From: an uncultured Gemmatimonadales bacterium | Lineage (GTDB): Bacteria; Gemmatimonadota; Gemmatimonadetes; Gemmatimonadales; Gemmatimonadaceae | Direction of reading: 5' to 3' | NCBI GenBank assembly: GCA_963851265.1 | Contig: CAWKNZ010000008.1 | Span: 224,001 to 288,000, forward strand | Length of the DNA: 64,000 nucleotides | Part shown: positions 1 through 9,976 of the stretch, piece by piece | Numbering within the stretch: the stretch's first letter is position 1 | Layout: every line of letters begins with the position of its first letter | Notes under the pieces: model-generated | Seen by the model: only the letters and a program-made list of their open reading frames with translations | Told to the model about the DNA's origin: nothing | Database searches by the model: none | Made by a program: the position numbers and the translations under genes

Positions 1-1
1 G

Positions 2-280
2 CGCGCCCGCGTCGTCGCCGCCCTCGGCAACGGCCAGATCGACGCGCTCCGGGCGTCGCTCGAGGCGCTCGCCGCCGCGCGCGACCTGCGGCTCGACGGG
101 ACGTGGGCGCCCGAGCCGTCGTTCGTGCTGCACCGCGGCGGGCATGCGGTGCACGACGCCGACCGGCGCGCCACGGCCGCGTGGGCGGCGACGCGGCGCG
201 AGTTCGTCGACTACACCGTCGGGCCGCTCGCGCGCGGCGACGGGCGGGTCGCGGTGGGCGCGGACGGGGGGGACGCCTAA
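2..280 (+). CDS. 3' end of a small hypothetical protein, truncated by the window edge; weak resemblance to YggL/DUF469
   Basis: Frame 2 is open with GC-rich third positions up to TAA at 278-280; it reads ...HAVHDADRRATAAWAATRREFVDYTVGPL... Confidence 0.45.
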   Translation, partial: RARVVAALGNGQIDALRASLEALAAARDLRLDGTWAPEPSFVLHRGGHAVHDADRRATAAWAATRREFVDYTVGPLARGDGRVAVGADGGDA

Positions 281-289
281 CGCCCCGGG

Positions 290-640
290 TCAGGGGATGA
301 GGTGCATCAGCGCGCCCGCCGCGGTCGCGATCGCCGTGGCCGCGCCCGCGGCGCTGGTGATTCCGGTCAGGAGTCCACGCAGCGTCGGGCCGTCCGGCTT
401 CTCGGCGGCGGCCTCGCGCGTCACCGCGGCGGCGCGCTCGCGCACCGCCGCCTCGTCGGCGGACGCCGGGCCGTAGCGCGCCACCGCGTCCTCGAGGTCG
501 CGCACCCGCCGCGCCAGCTCGCCCGGATCGGCCGCCGGGCCCCCGCTCGACAGGCGCACGCCCGAGACGCGCTCGGCGATGACCTGGTTGGTCGCGGACA
601 CGGTGCTGCCCGAGATGTGGACGCCGCCGGACGAGGACAT
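290..640 (-). CDS. Small hypothetical protein: N-terminal beta/amyloid-like motif followed by a helical domain with a hydrophobic C-terminal helix
   Basis: 116-aa ORF with GGAG RBS before the ATG; directly downstream of the 669..2216 gene. Confidence 0.75.
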   Translation of the reverse strand: MSSSGGVHISGSTVSATNQVIAERVSGVRLSSGGPAADPGELARRVRDLEDAVARYGPASADEAAVRERAAAVTREAAAEKPDGPTLRGLLTGITSAAGAATAIATAAGALMHLIP

Positions 641-668
641 GGAAGCTCCGATGTGTTAGGCGGACGCC

Positions 669-2216
669 TTATGCGGCCGCGGTGGTGACCGACTGCGCCG
701 CCGTCTTGACGGACTGCGCGGCGGTCTTGACGCTGTTCATCGTGGCCGTCGCGCGGCCCCCCAGGACGACGTTGTCGCCCTCGATCTTGCTCTGCGAGAC
801 GATGACGCCCGTGTTGAGGATCGTGTCGCGGCGCCCGATCAGCTCCGCCGTGTCGATGTCCTTCGCGTCGAGGAAGTCGGTGACGGCCTCGAGGATCTGA
901 CGCTCGAGCAGCTTCGCGTGCATCTCCTGGTCGACGCGCTGGAAGTAGCGCCGGTAGTCCGCCGACGCCGCGGTTTCGCGCACCGACTTTCCGGCCCCGT
1001 AGTCGTACTCCAGGTTGTCGTCGATGCGCCGCCGGCGCTCGCGCTCCGCCGTGCGGCGGCCTAGCCGCTCCTGCAGCGCCGCGGTGGCGCGGAGGTACGC
1101 CGCGGCGGCCGAGAACGGCGCGAGCACGACCGCGACGATGCCGAGTCCGAACATCTCGCCGACGCGAGCGTCCTTCCGCAGCGCGTCGACCTTGTGGTAC
1201 GACTCGTGGATGGGCGGCAGCAGGTACTTGTTAACCTCGACGAACAGATTCGAGCCCTGGCGCACGCAGCGCAGGAACATCGTCACGACCAGCTCGCCGT
1301 CCCAGCTCGTGCTCTGCACGCACCGGTACGCGCGGATGCGCGGGTCGGCCCGCTCGGTGAGCGCGTGCACCTGCTCGGCGGGGATGCTCACCGAGGGCGC
1401 GGCGTACGGCGACGGCAGCAGCTGACGGTCGTCTCGGACGTCGCGCCCGTTGACGTACGCGACGGGGTCGAACGTGACGTGCGGCAGCCCCAGCCCCACG
1501 AGCGACTGCTCGACGCAGTCGTAGAGTTCGTGCACCGCGAACGGGCGGGGCGAGCAGCAGCCGTCGAGCATGCGCTTGCCCTTGGTGACGTTGAGGGCGA
1601 ACGACCAGCGCTCGACGAGGACCCCCGCGCCGACGAACGGCGTGAAGCCGCTGTAGACCACGAGATTCTGGCGCGCCTGCTCGCCGCACCGGGCGATGAG
1701 GGGCGCGTACTGCGCGGACGCCGGGGGGAGTGGCGCGCCGGCGAACGCGCGGCGCGACAGCCCCGACGCGATCGCGCCGAAGCGCGGGCTGTAGTCGCGG
1801 GCGAAGACGATCGCCGCCAGCACGGCCCACGCGGTGACGAGGGCGGGCACCACGTTCTGCGCCCCGATGAGCACTTCCGTCGCGAGCACCACCGCCGCGC
1901 CGCCGATGGACGCGAGGATGAGCCAGAGCGCGAACGACCGGTCCCGCCGGTCGGCCGCCGCGCAATGCGCCGCGACGGTTTGCAGGTCCACGCCGTACTC
2001 GGGCGCGGTGGCCGCGTGCTCGCGCCGGCGCACACGGTCGAGCACGTCGCGGCGGAACGCCGCGTTGGTGTACGCCGCGATCGCGAGCAGTCGCGTCGCC
2101 TCGCTCCCCGCACGCGGCGCGGCCGGAGCGGGCGGCGCGGCGGTCCCGGGTGCGGGCGCACCGCTCGCGCGCGGCGTGTAGGTGAACACGTCGTCGGACT
2201 GCGTGGGCATCGGCAT
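669..2216 (-). CDS. Hypothetical integral membrane protein (about 515 aa, 3 or more predicted TM segments) with a C-terminal beta-rich motif
   Basis: C-terminal part of ORF 669..4184 from MPMPTQ, preceded by GAGGTGGAG RBS; hydrophobic segments FALWLILASIGG..., VVPALVTAWAVL..., MFGLGIVAVVLAPF. Confidence 0.75.
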   Translation of the reverse strand: MPMPTQSDDVFTYTPRASGAPAPGTAAPPAPAAPRAGSEATRLLAIAAYTNAAFRRDVLDRVRRREHAATAPEYGVDLQTVAAHCAAADRRDRSFALWLILASIGGAAVVLATEVLIGAQNVVPALVTAWAVLAAIVFARDYSPRFGAIASGLSRRAFAGAPLPPASAQYAPLIARCGEQARQNLVVYSGFTPFVGAGVLVERWSFALNVTKGKRMLDGCCSPRPFAVHELYDCVEQSLVGLGLPHVTFDPVAYVNGRDVRDDRQLLPSPYAAPSVSIPAEQVHALTERADPRIRAYRCVQSTSWDGELVVTMFLRCVRQGSNLFVEVNKYLLPPIHESYHKVDALRKDARVGEMFGLGIVAVVLAPFSAAAAYLRATAALQERLGRRTAERERRRRIDDNLEYDYGAGKSVRETAASADYRRYFQRVDQEMHAKLLERQILEAVTDFLDAKDIDTAELIGRRDTILNTGVIVSQSKIEGDNVVLGGRATATMNSVKTAAQSVKTAAQSVTTAAA

Positions 2217-2518
2217 ACGGAACTCCACCTCGCGGCACGTGGATGCGCCGACGGTTGCCCGGCACTGGTCGCGTGCCGGGTTCCGGGGGCGGGGCGGGCA
2301 CGGCCAGACTCGCGACCGGCGCCGCCCCGCAGGCGCAGCGCCACTGTTGCAACCGATCGGAAATCGCGCCAGACCTCGGGGCCCGTGCGCGCAAGTCGCA
2401 AACGGCGATTTATGTCCGCGCCACGACGCTGCTACGTGATATTGCGCACAGTCGCGTGGCGCGAGCCGCCGTGCGGAGCCGGGCCCGGCGGCACGCGCGC
2501 GGCGAGCCCCGCCGTGCC

Positions 2519-5500
2519 TTACGCGGGCTCGGCGCGCACCGCGGCGGCGATCGCCGGCACCGCGGGGCGGGCGGGCCTCGCCTCCGTACCGCCGCCCGTC
2601 TCGGGCGCGGCGCCCGCGCCCGGCCGCTGCCCCGCCCCGCCCCGGTCGTGCCGCCGCTCCGCCCACCCGATCACGGCGCGGTACAGCACCGGCAGCAGGA
2701 ACAGCGTCAGCGCCGTGCTCGTCAGCAGCCCGCCGATCACGACCGTCGCGAGCGGCCGCTGCACCTCGCTCCCGGGCGTCGACGAGATCGCCATCGGCAC
2801 GAAGCCGAGGCTCGCCACGAGCGCCGTCATCAGCACCGGTCGCACGCGATCGCTCGCGCCCATCCGCACCGCCTCGTCGACGTCGTGCCCCGGCTCGCCG
2901 TCCAGCCCCTGCCGCAGTGCGTTCACGTGCGACACGAGGACGACGCCGTTGAGCACCGCGATCCCGAACAGCGCGATGAATCCGACGCTCGCCGAGAGCG
3001 ACAGGTTGAGGTGGCGCAACCACAGCGCCGCGACGCCGCCGACGAGCGCGAACGGAACGTTGGTCAGCACGAGCGCCGTCTGCAGCACCGAGCGGAACGA
3101 GGCGTAGAGCAGCAGCACGATCAGCCCGAGCGCGAGCGGCACCACGACCCGCAGCCGCTGCATCGCGCGCTGCTGGTTCTCGTACTGCCCGCCCCACTCC
3201 AGGAAGGTGCCCGACGGGATCGGCACCTCGCGCGCCACGCGCGCGCGCACCTCCGTGACGAAGCTGCCCAGGTCGCGCCCGCGCACGTTCGCCATCGCCA
3301 GCGTGCGGCGCTGCGCGTCCTCGTGGCTGATCTGCTCGGGGCCGGTCTGCGGCACGACGTCCGCCACCGCCGAGAGCGGCACCACCGCGCCCGTGGTCGG
3401 GCTGCGGAGCAGGAGGTTGGCGAGCGCGCCCGGGTCCTGCTGCTGCGCCGCCGGGTACCGGACGGCCACGCCGATCCGCCGCGGCCCGTCGACCATCTCG
3501 GTCGCGACGTCGCCGCCTAACGCCATGTTCACCGCGTCGCGCACGTCGGCCACCGACAGGCCGTAGCGCGCGAGGTCGGCGCGCCGCACCGAGACCTGGA
3601 GCTGCCCCGTCCCCTCGCTCACCTCGACCGACACGTCGGCCGAGCCGGGCACGGTGCCGAGCACCCCCCGGATGCGGTTGGCGATCTGCTCGTTCCGCTC
3701 CAGACTGGGGCCCACCACCTTCACCCCGAGGTCCGTGCGGATCCCGCTCTCCGCCTCGTCGAGCCGCATCGCGAGCGGCTGCGTGAAGCTCACCCACAGC
3801 CCCGGCACGCTCTTCAGCGCCGAGTCGAACGCGGCGATCATCCCCTCGGGGTCCTTCGCCGTCTTCCACTCGCCGCGGTCCCGGAGCGTCACGTACTGGT
3901 CGCCCTCGTAGAGTCCCATCGCCTCGGTCGCGAGGTCCGGACGCCCTTCCTTCGTGACGACCGAGAGCACCTCCGGAAAGCGCCGCACGATCCGCTCCGA
4001 CTCGAGCGAGAGCTTGGTCGCGTCGGCGAGCGACACGCTCGGCAGACGCCGGGTGTTGATGAGGATCGCCCCCTCGTCGAGCTTCGGCATGAACTCGGTG
4101 CCGATCCGCGTCAGCGACCACGCGGCGCTCACCGCGAGCAGGACCGCGACCGCGGTGATCACCTTCCCGTGCCGGATGCTCCACTCCAGCGCGCCCGCGT
4201 AGCGGTCGCGCAGGCGCGATTCGAGGCCGGAGGCGCCGCTCTTCCCCACGGCGCCGTCCTTTTCGCGCGCGCCGGAATCGCCCGCCTTCTCCTTCGGCGC
4301 CTTCAGCAGCGCCGCCGAGATGGTCGGCACGTACGTGAGGGCGAGCAGCAGCGAGCCGAGCACGGCACAGACGACCGTGAAGGCCATCGGTTTGAACATC
4401 CGCCCTTCCATCCCCTCGAGCGTGAAGATGGGGATGTACACGGCGACGATGATCGCGATGCCGAAGAGCACCGGCCGCCCGACCTCGACGGCCGCGTCGC
4501 GGAAGAACGCCGCGCGCGCGTCCGCGTCGTTCGCGTCCGGCGGGGCCTTCTCCATCCGGTGCACGAAGTTCTCGACCATCACGATCGCGCCGTCGACGAT
4601 CAGCCCGAAGTCGAGCGCGCCGAGCGACATCAGGTTGGCCGAGTAGCCGAACAGGTACATCCCGCCGAACGCGATGAGCATCGAGAGCGGGATCACGCTC
4701 GCCACGATGAGCGACGCGCGCACGTTGCGCAGGAACAGGAAGAGCACCGCGATGACGAGAATCCCGCCCTCGAGCAGATTCTTCGTGATCGTGTGCGTGG
4801 TGCGCCCCACCAGCTCGGTCTGGTCGTAGAACGGTACGATGTGCACGTGCTTCGGCAGCGCCGAGCGGATCTCGTCCATGCGCGCCTTCACCGCGTCGAT
4901 CACCCGGCGGCTGTCGGCGCCCTGGAGCTTGAGCACCATGCCCGTCACGACCTCGCCCTTGCCGTTCTGCGTGACCGCGCCGTAGCGCGGCATCCCGCCG
5001 TCCTGCACCGTCGCCACGTCGGCCACGGTCACGGGGGTACCCCCCGGATTCGCGATCACCACCTGCCCGATCTGGGCCGCCGACGTCAGCCGCCCCACGC
5101 CCCGTACGGTGTAGCGGGTTCCGGCGCGCTCCAGGTACGGCCCGCCGAACGACAGGTTGTTGTCCGCGAGCGCCTTACTCACGTCTCCCATCGTCAACCC
5201 GCGCGCGACGAGCCGCGCGGGGTCGACCTCGACGTGCATCTGTTCGATCAGCCCGCCCCACGAGTTCACGTCGCTCACGCCCGGCACCGTGCGCAGCCGG
5301 GGGCGGATCGTGTAGTCGTGGAGCGCCTTGAGTTGGATGAGCGACATCGAGTCGCTCGTCACCGTGTACTGGAACAGCTCGCCCATCGGCGTCGACAGCG
5401 GCCCCATCGTGGCCTCGACCCCCGCGGGCAGCGCGTTCTTCGCCTGCGCCAACCGCTGTTCCACCAGCGTGCGCGCGAAGTACACGTCCGTCCCGTCGGG

Positions 5501-5788
5501 GAACGGCACGGTGATGATCGTCAACCCCGTCTTGGACGTCGACCGGACCCCGGTCACGCCGGGGAGTCCCATCAGCGCCGACTCGAGCGGGTACGTCACG
5601 AGCTGCTCGACCTCCTCGGGGGCGAGCCCGGGCGCGGTGGCCGACACGTCGACGCGCACCCCCGTGAGGTCGGGGTACGCGTCGAACGGGATGCGCAGGA
5701 GCGCGAACAGGCCGAAGGCGACGACCGCGAGCAGCCCGCCGACCGTCACGATCCGATTCTTCAGGACGAACCCGATCAGCTTGCGCAT
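2519..5788 (-). CDS. czcA: CzcA/CusA-family heavy-metal efflux RND transporter
   Basis: 1089 aa; PFDAYPD, SLGALDFGLIVDG, GFIALFGIAVLNG and RPVLMTA motifs. Confidence 0.93.
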   Translation of the reverse strand: MRKLIGFVLKNRIVTVGGLLAVVAFGLFALLRIPFDAYPDLTGVRVDVSATAPGLAPEEVEQLVTYPLESALMGLPGVTGVRSTSKTGLTIITVPFPDGTDVYFARTLVEQRLAQAKNALPAGVEATMGPLSTPMGELFQYTVTSDSMSLIQLKALHDYTIRPRLRTVPGVSDVNSWGGLIEQMHVEVDPARLVARGLTMGDVSKALADNNLSFGGPYLERAGTRYTVRGVGRLTSAAQIGQVVIANPGGTPVTVADVATVQDGGMPRYGAVTQNGKGEVVTGMVLKLQGADSRRVIDAVKARMDEIRSALPKHVHIVPFYDQTELVGRTTHTITKNLLEGGILVIAVLFLFLRNVRASLIVASVIPLSMLIAFGGMYLFGYSANLMSLGALDFGLIVDGAIVMVENFVHRMEKAPPDANDADARAAFFRDAAVEVGRPVLFGIAIIVAVYIPIFTLEGMEGRMFKPMAFTVVCAVLGSLLLALTYVPTISAALLKAPKEKAGDSGAREKDGAVGKSGASGLESRLRDRYAGALEWSIRHGKVITAVAVLLAVSAAWSLTRIGTEFMPKLDEGAILINTRRLPSVSLADATKLSLESERIVRRFPEVLSVVTKEGRPDLATEAMGLYEGDQYVTLRDRGEWKTAKDPEGMIAAFDSALKSVPGLWVSFTQPLAMRLDEAESGIRTDLGVKVVGPSLERNEQIANRIRGVLGTVPGSADVSVEVSEGTGQLQVSVRRADLARYGLSVADVRDAVNMALGGDVATEMVDGPRRIGVAVRYPAAQQQDPGALANLLLRSPTTGAVVPLSAVADVVPQTGPEQISHEDAQRRTLAMANVRGRDLGSFVTEVRARVAREVPIPSGTFLEWGGQYENQQRAMQRLRVVVPLALGLIVLLLYASFRSVLQTALVLTNVPFALVGGVAALWLRHLNLSLSASVGFIALFGIAVLNGVVLVSHVNALRQGLDGEPGHDVDEAVRMGASDRVRPVLMTALVASLGFVPMAISSTPGSEVQRPLATVVIGGLLTSTALTLFLLPVLYRAVIGWAERRHDRGGAGQRPGAGAAPETGGGTEARPARPAVPAIAAAVRAEPA

Positions 5789-7155
5789 CAGCCGCCTCCC
5801 TCCCCGCCGCCCCCGCCGCTGCGCTGGTCGCGCCGGCGCTGGATTTCGGCCTTCGCGATTCCCGCCCCTTCCGTCACGACTGCGGCGCCCGGCGCGAGCC
5901 CGGCGACGATCTCGGCCAACCCCTGCGCACGCCGTCCCGCGCGCACGGGGAGGGCCTGCAACACCACCCCGCCGGCGTTGCCCGGCCCCGGCCGCTGGGT
6001 GACGACCACCGTATCGCCCTGGAATTCCTGCACCGCCGCGTCCGAGACGGCGAGCACCGATGCCCCGGCCGTCCCGAGCAACTCCGCCGCCGCGGTCATC
6101 TCCGCCTTCAACTCGCCGCGCGCGTTCGGCACGGTCGCCAGCACCTCCGCCGTGCGCGACGCCGAGTCGAGCGCCGGCGCCACGCGCACCACGCGCGCCG
6201 TGAAGGCGCGGTTCGGGTAGGCCGGCACGGTGAACCGCACCGTCGCGCCCACCCGCGCCGCGCCGAGCGCCTGCTCGGGGAGCCGCATCATGAGCCCGAG
6301 CGTGCCGAGCCGCCCGACCGTGACGAGCGGCGCGCCGACCGCCACGACGCTGCCCGGCTGCGCGTCGCGGGTCGTCACCACGCCGTCGTACGGCGCGCGC
6401 ACGAGCACCTCGTGCTCGTCGACGCCAGCCGGGATGGGCCCGCGGCCGACCAGGTGCGCCACGTACTCATTCGCGTACGACAGCTCTGCGTCCGCGCGCG
6501 CCGACGACGCGCGCGCGTCGGACTGCGCGTTGCGCGCGCGCTCGAGATCGGCGAGCGCACCCGCTTTCGCCGCGTACAACCGCTCGGCGCGCGCCGTGGC
6601 CGATTGCGCGTAGCGCAGGTCGCTCGCCGCCTGCGCCTTGGTGGCCTGCGCCTGTGCCAGCCGGTTCCGCGCGTCGAGCATCTCGTCGCTGTGCAGGATG
6701 ACGAGCACCTGGTCGCGCCGCACGCGGTCGCCCGGCTGCGCGAGCACGCGCACGACGCGCCCCTCCACGATGCTGCCCAACGGCTGCGTGGTGGTCGGGT
6801 CGAGCACGAGGCGCGCGGGAGCCGCCCACACGGCGCGCCACGGCACGAGGCGGGCGGTGTCGGTCTTGAACCCGGCCACGCGCGCGGCCTCGGCGGTGAG
6901 GAGCGCGGTGTCGGGCACGTTCGCGGCGGACGCGGGCGCCCCGGCGCCCTTCCCCGTGCCCTTCGCGTCGCCCTTCGCGTCGCCCTTCGCCGCGCCCTTC
7001 GCATCGCCGCCCTTGTCGGCCCCCTTGTCCGCGGCGTTCGTGCCGCCGGCGGACTTGGCCTCGCCCTTTCCGCACGCGGCGGCACACGCGAACGCCAGGA
7101 CGGCGCCGCGCCGCGCGTGCAGCGCGGCCGCGCGGAGGAATCGTGTCAGCATCAT
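5788..7155 (-). CDS. czcB: RND efflux periplasmic adaptor (CzcB/CusB-like), probable lipoprotein
   Basis: AAAC lipobox-like site; EGRVVRVLAQPGDRV and RAPYDGVV motifs; ATGA overlap with the upstream TolC-family gene. Confidence 0.88.
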   Translation of the reverse strand: MMLTRFLRAAALHARRGAVLAFACAAACGKGEAKSAGGTNAADKGADKGGDAKGAAKGDAKGDAKGTGKGAGAPASAANVPDTALLTAEAARVAGFKTDTARLVPWRAVWAAPARLVLDPTTTQPLGSIVEGRVVRVLAQPGDRVRRDQVLVILHSDEMLDARNRLAQAQATKAQAASDLRYAQSATARAERLYAAKAGALADLERARNAQSDARASSARADAELSYANEYVAHLVGRGPIPAGVDEHEVLVRAPYDGVVTTRDAQPGSVVAVGAPLVTVGRLGTLGLMMRLPEQALGAARVGATVRFTVPAYPNRAFTARVVRVAPALDSASRTAEVLATVPNARGELKAEMTAAAELLGTAGASVLAVSDAAVQEFQGDTVVVTQRPGPGNAGGVVLQALPVRAGRRAQGLAEIVAGLAPGAAVVTEGAGIAKAEIQRRRDQRSGGGGGEGGG

Positions 7156-8543
7156 TTCGTCAGCGTCGTAGCGGGGGCGGCCGGGGCGCCGGTCGCGCGC
7201 TCCAAATCCAGGCGGGCGAGGCGCAAGTCCGCGGCCCACCGCAGCGCAGCGGCGCGCACGTCGCCGCGCGACCGCACGGCGTCGAGCAGTTCGAGCAGCG
7301 TGGCGGCCCCCTCGCGGTACGCCACCTCGGTCACCGCGGCCACGTCGCGCCCGCGCGCGTCGAGCGACGCCGCGTTCAGCGCGCCCCCACCGGACGTCGC
7401 CGCGCCCCCGCTCTCAGCCAGAAGCGTCGCGTACGCGCGCACCCCGGCCTCGACCTCGGCGGTCACCTGGGCCTCCGCGGCGCGCAGGTCGTTCTCGGCG
7501 GCCACGAGATCGCCCGCGGCGCGCGCCCGCCCACCCTGGTTGCGGTCGAACAACGGCACCGAGACGTACACGCCGACGAGGCCGGTGTTCGCAGCGGCGG
7601 TGCGCTTGTACCCCGCAACCCCGCCCACGCCGGGGCGCCCGCCGAGCCGCTCGACGCCCGCGCGACGCTGCGCTTCGACGAGGCGCGCGCGGGCCGCGAC
7701 GACCTCGGGGCGTTGGCGGAGCGCGGCCTCGACGAGCGCGCGCGCGTCCGGCTCGGGCTGGTACTCGGCGGCAGCACCGGCACCGCCGCCGACGGCGGTG
7801 CCCGCGTAGGCGACCGTGCGCACCGCGGGCGCGCCGCCCGGCACGTCCACCGGGTCGGTGGGCCACGGTACCCGGTCGAGCGGGAGGGCGAGCGCGCGCG
7901 CGAGGTCGCCACGCGCGCGCTCTGCGTCGGCGCGCGCCGTGGCCGCGACGAGCCGCAGACGCGCGGCTTCGAGCTGCGTGCGCATCGCCGCGCCTTCCGC
8001 GATCGCGCCCTCGCGCGCGCGCCGCACCTGCACGGTACTGAGGCTGTCGAAGGCCTGTCGCTGCGCGTCGGCCACGCCGCGGAGGGCGACCGCGAGGGCC
8101 GCGCGCCAGTACGCGCGCGCCACGTCGTACTCGACCGTGCGCGCCGTCGTGGTCGAGTCGGCCGCGGCGCGCGCGGCGACCGCGCCGACGAGCCCGCGCA
8201 GCGCGTACCGGCGCCCGTACGCATCCACGCCGAGAGCCGCGGTGACGAACTCGTCGGGTGCGATGGGACCGCCGATGTTCTCGCGGCGGTACTCGAGCGT
8301 GGGGTTGAGGAAGGCCGCGTCCTGGCGCGCCTGGCCCACGGCCGACTGCCGGCGACCGCCCGCGGCCCGAAGCGCCGGATGCTCGCCGCGCGCCATGGCG
8401 AGCGCGTCGGCGAGCGAGAACCCGTCCTGCGCGACGGCGGGCCGGAGCGCGGCGGCGAGCAGCACGACGAGCAGGGCGGCACACGCGGCCGCCGACCGGC
8501 GAGGGGCGCGCGGTCGGAACGGGCGCAGACGAGGACTCCACAT
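7152..8543 (-). CDS. TolC/CzcC-family outer membrane efflux protein
   Basis: Signal peptide; VSVPLFDRNQG and AYREGAATLLELLDA motifs; operon position. Confidence 0.88.
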   Translation of the reverse strand: MWSPRLRPFRPRAPRRSAAACAALLVVLLAAALRPAVAQDGFSLADALAMARGEHPALRAAGGRRQSAVGQARQDAAFLNPTLEYRRENIGGPIAPDEFVTAALGVDAYGRRYALRGLVGAVAARAAADSTTTARTVEYDVARAYWRAALAVALRGVADAQRQAFDSLSTVQVRRAREGAIAEGAAMRTQLEAARLRLVAATARADAERARGDLARALALPLDRVPWPTDPVDVPGGAPAVRTVAYAGTAVGGGAGAAAEYQPEPDARALVEAALRQRPEVVAARARLVEAQRRAGVERLGGRPGVGGVAGYKRTAAANTGLVGVYVSVPLFDRNQGGRARAAGDLVAAENDLRAAEAQVTAEVEAGVRAYATLLAESGGAATSGGGALNAASLDARGRDVAAVTEVAYREGAATLLELLDAVRSRGDVRAAALRWAADLRLARLDLERATGAPAAPATTLTK

Positions 8544-8593
8544 CACTGGGCCAACGATAGCCGGCCCGCATGAACCGACGATGAACCGCGCAC

Positions 8594-9976
8594 TCACGCG
8601 GCGGGCGGAAAGGTCACCCGCGCCAACGTCCCCCCCCAACGCCCCGGTTCCAGCCGCAGCACCGCTCCGTGCGCGTCGGCGATCACCCGCGCGATCGCGA
8701 GGCCGAGCCCGCTGCCGTCCGGCCGCCGCTGGCGCGCCGCGGCGCCCCGGAAGAAGCGCTCGGTGAGGCGGCCGCGCTCGGCCCCGTCGAGGCCGATCCC
8801 CGTATCCTCGACCTCGAGCACCGCCGCGCCCGCGTCGCGCCGCACGCGCACGTCCACCACGCCGCCCGCGGGCGTGTAGCGCACCGCGTTGTCCACGAGC
8901 ACACCGAAGAGCCGCTCGACGAGCACCGCGTCGCCGTCGGCCGGCGCTTCCTCGACGACGCTCTGCGTGAGGCGCAGCCCCGCCGCCTGCGCCGGCGCGC
9001 GCCACCCCGGGAGCGCGTCGCCGACGACGTCGTCGAGGAACACGCGCGCGCGCTGCAGCTGACCGCCCGGGCCGCCGCCGGGGCCGCCCGCCGCGTCGGC
9101 GCGGGCCAACTGCAGGAGGGCGTCGACCAGCCGCCCCGTGCGCCGCAGGTCGTCGTGCGCGCGGGCGAGCGCCGCGACGTGCTCCGCGTTCGGGGTCTCG
9201 TCGAGCAGGGCGAGCTCGACGCCGCTCAGCATGCGCGCCACCGGGGTGCGCAGCTCGTGCGCGGCGTCGGCGAGAAACTGCCGCTGCTGCGCGAGCGCGC
9301 CGTCCAGCCGGTCGAGCAGCGCGTTGAAGCGCGTGCCGAGGCGCCCGAGCTCGTCGGCGGGGTTGCGCACCGGGAGCCGCGCGGGGGACCCCGGACTCAC
9401 GTGCTCGGTCGCGGCGGCCATCGCGGCCACCGGCCGGAGCGCCCCGCCCGCCAGCCACCAGCCGAGCGCGCCCGCGAGCGCGACGCCTAACGGTATGCCG
9501 AGCAGGAGCAGCGCGTCCGCCCGCGCGACCGCCTCCGCGAGCGGGGCCGTGCTCGCCTCGACGCGCACGCGCCAGCCCGGCGCGTGGCGCGCGTCGAGCG
9601 GCTCGTCGTGGCGGCGGATCGGCCCCCGCAGCGCGCGCGACACGCGCGGCGCCGACGCGACCGCGCGCCCGTCGGGGCGCAGGTACTCCAGGCTGCGGTC
9701 GGCGAAGGCGACCTCCGCGACGATCTGCTCCACGGTGCGCTCGGTCGTCCCGTACTCGGACGCTTCGAGCTGGTAGAAGCTCCGCGCCAGTTCGGCGGTC
9801 GCCGCGAGCGAGCGGTCGAGTTCGCGCGAGAGCGCGTGCACGAACAGGGCCCGGAAGACGAACGCGGCGACGACGAGACTCGTCCCGACCGACCCCGCGT
9901 ACCAGAGCGCGACGCGCCCGCGGATGGGCAGCGCGCGCCACGCCGCGCGCACCGGCGCGCCCGTGCGCGCGCTCAC
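8594..9976 (-). CDS. HAMP-domain sensor histidine kinase (CusS/CzcS-like)
   Basis: Two TM segments, HAMP DELGRL, H-box AAHELRTP, N-box LVDNAVRY, DTGIG, GSGLGL; GTGA overlap with the regulator stop. Confidence 0.92.
   Translation of the reverse strand: MSARTGAPVRAAWRALPIRGRVALWYAGSVGTSLVVAAFVFRALFVHALSRELDRSLAATAELARSFYQLEASEYGTTERTVEQIVAEVAFADRSLEYLRPDGRAVASAPRVSRALRGPIRRHDEPLDARHAPGWRVRVEASTAPLAEAVARADALLLLGIPLGVALAGALGWWLAGGALRPVAAMAAATEHVSPGSPARLPVRNPADELGRLGTRFNALLDRLDGALAQQRQFLADAAHELRTPVARMLSGVELALLDETPNAEHVAALARAHDDLRRTGRLVDALLQLARADAAGGPGGGPGGQLQRARVFLDDVVGDALPGWRAPAQAAGLRLTQSVVEEAPADGDAVLVERLFGVLVDNAVRYTPAGGVVDVRVRRDAGAAVLEVEDTGIGLDGAERGRLTERFFRGAAARQRRPDGSGLGLAIARVIADAHGAVLRLEPGRWGGTLARVTFPPAA

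Noticed and set aside
2217..4184. N-terminal 650 aa of the 1171-aa ORF 669..4184
   Set aside because: Arg/Gly-rich off-frame read through czcA; the real gene starts at 2216 after an RBS.
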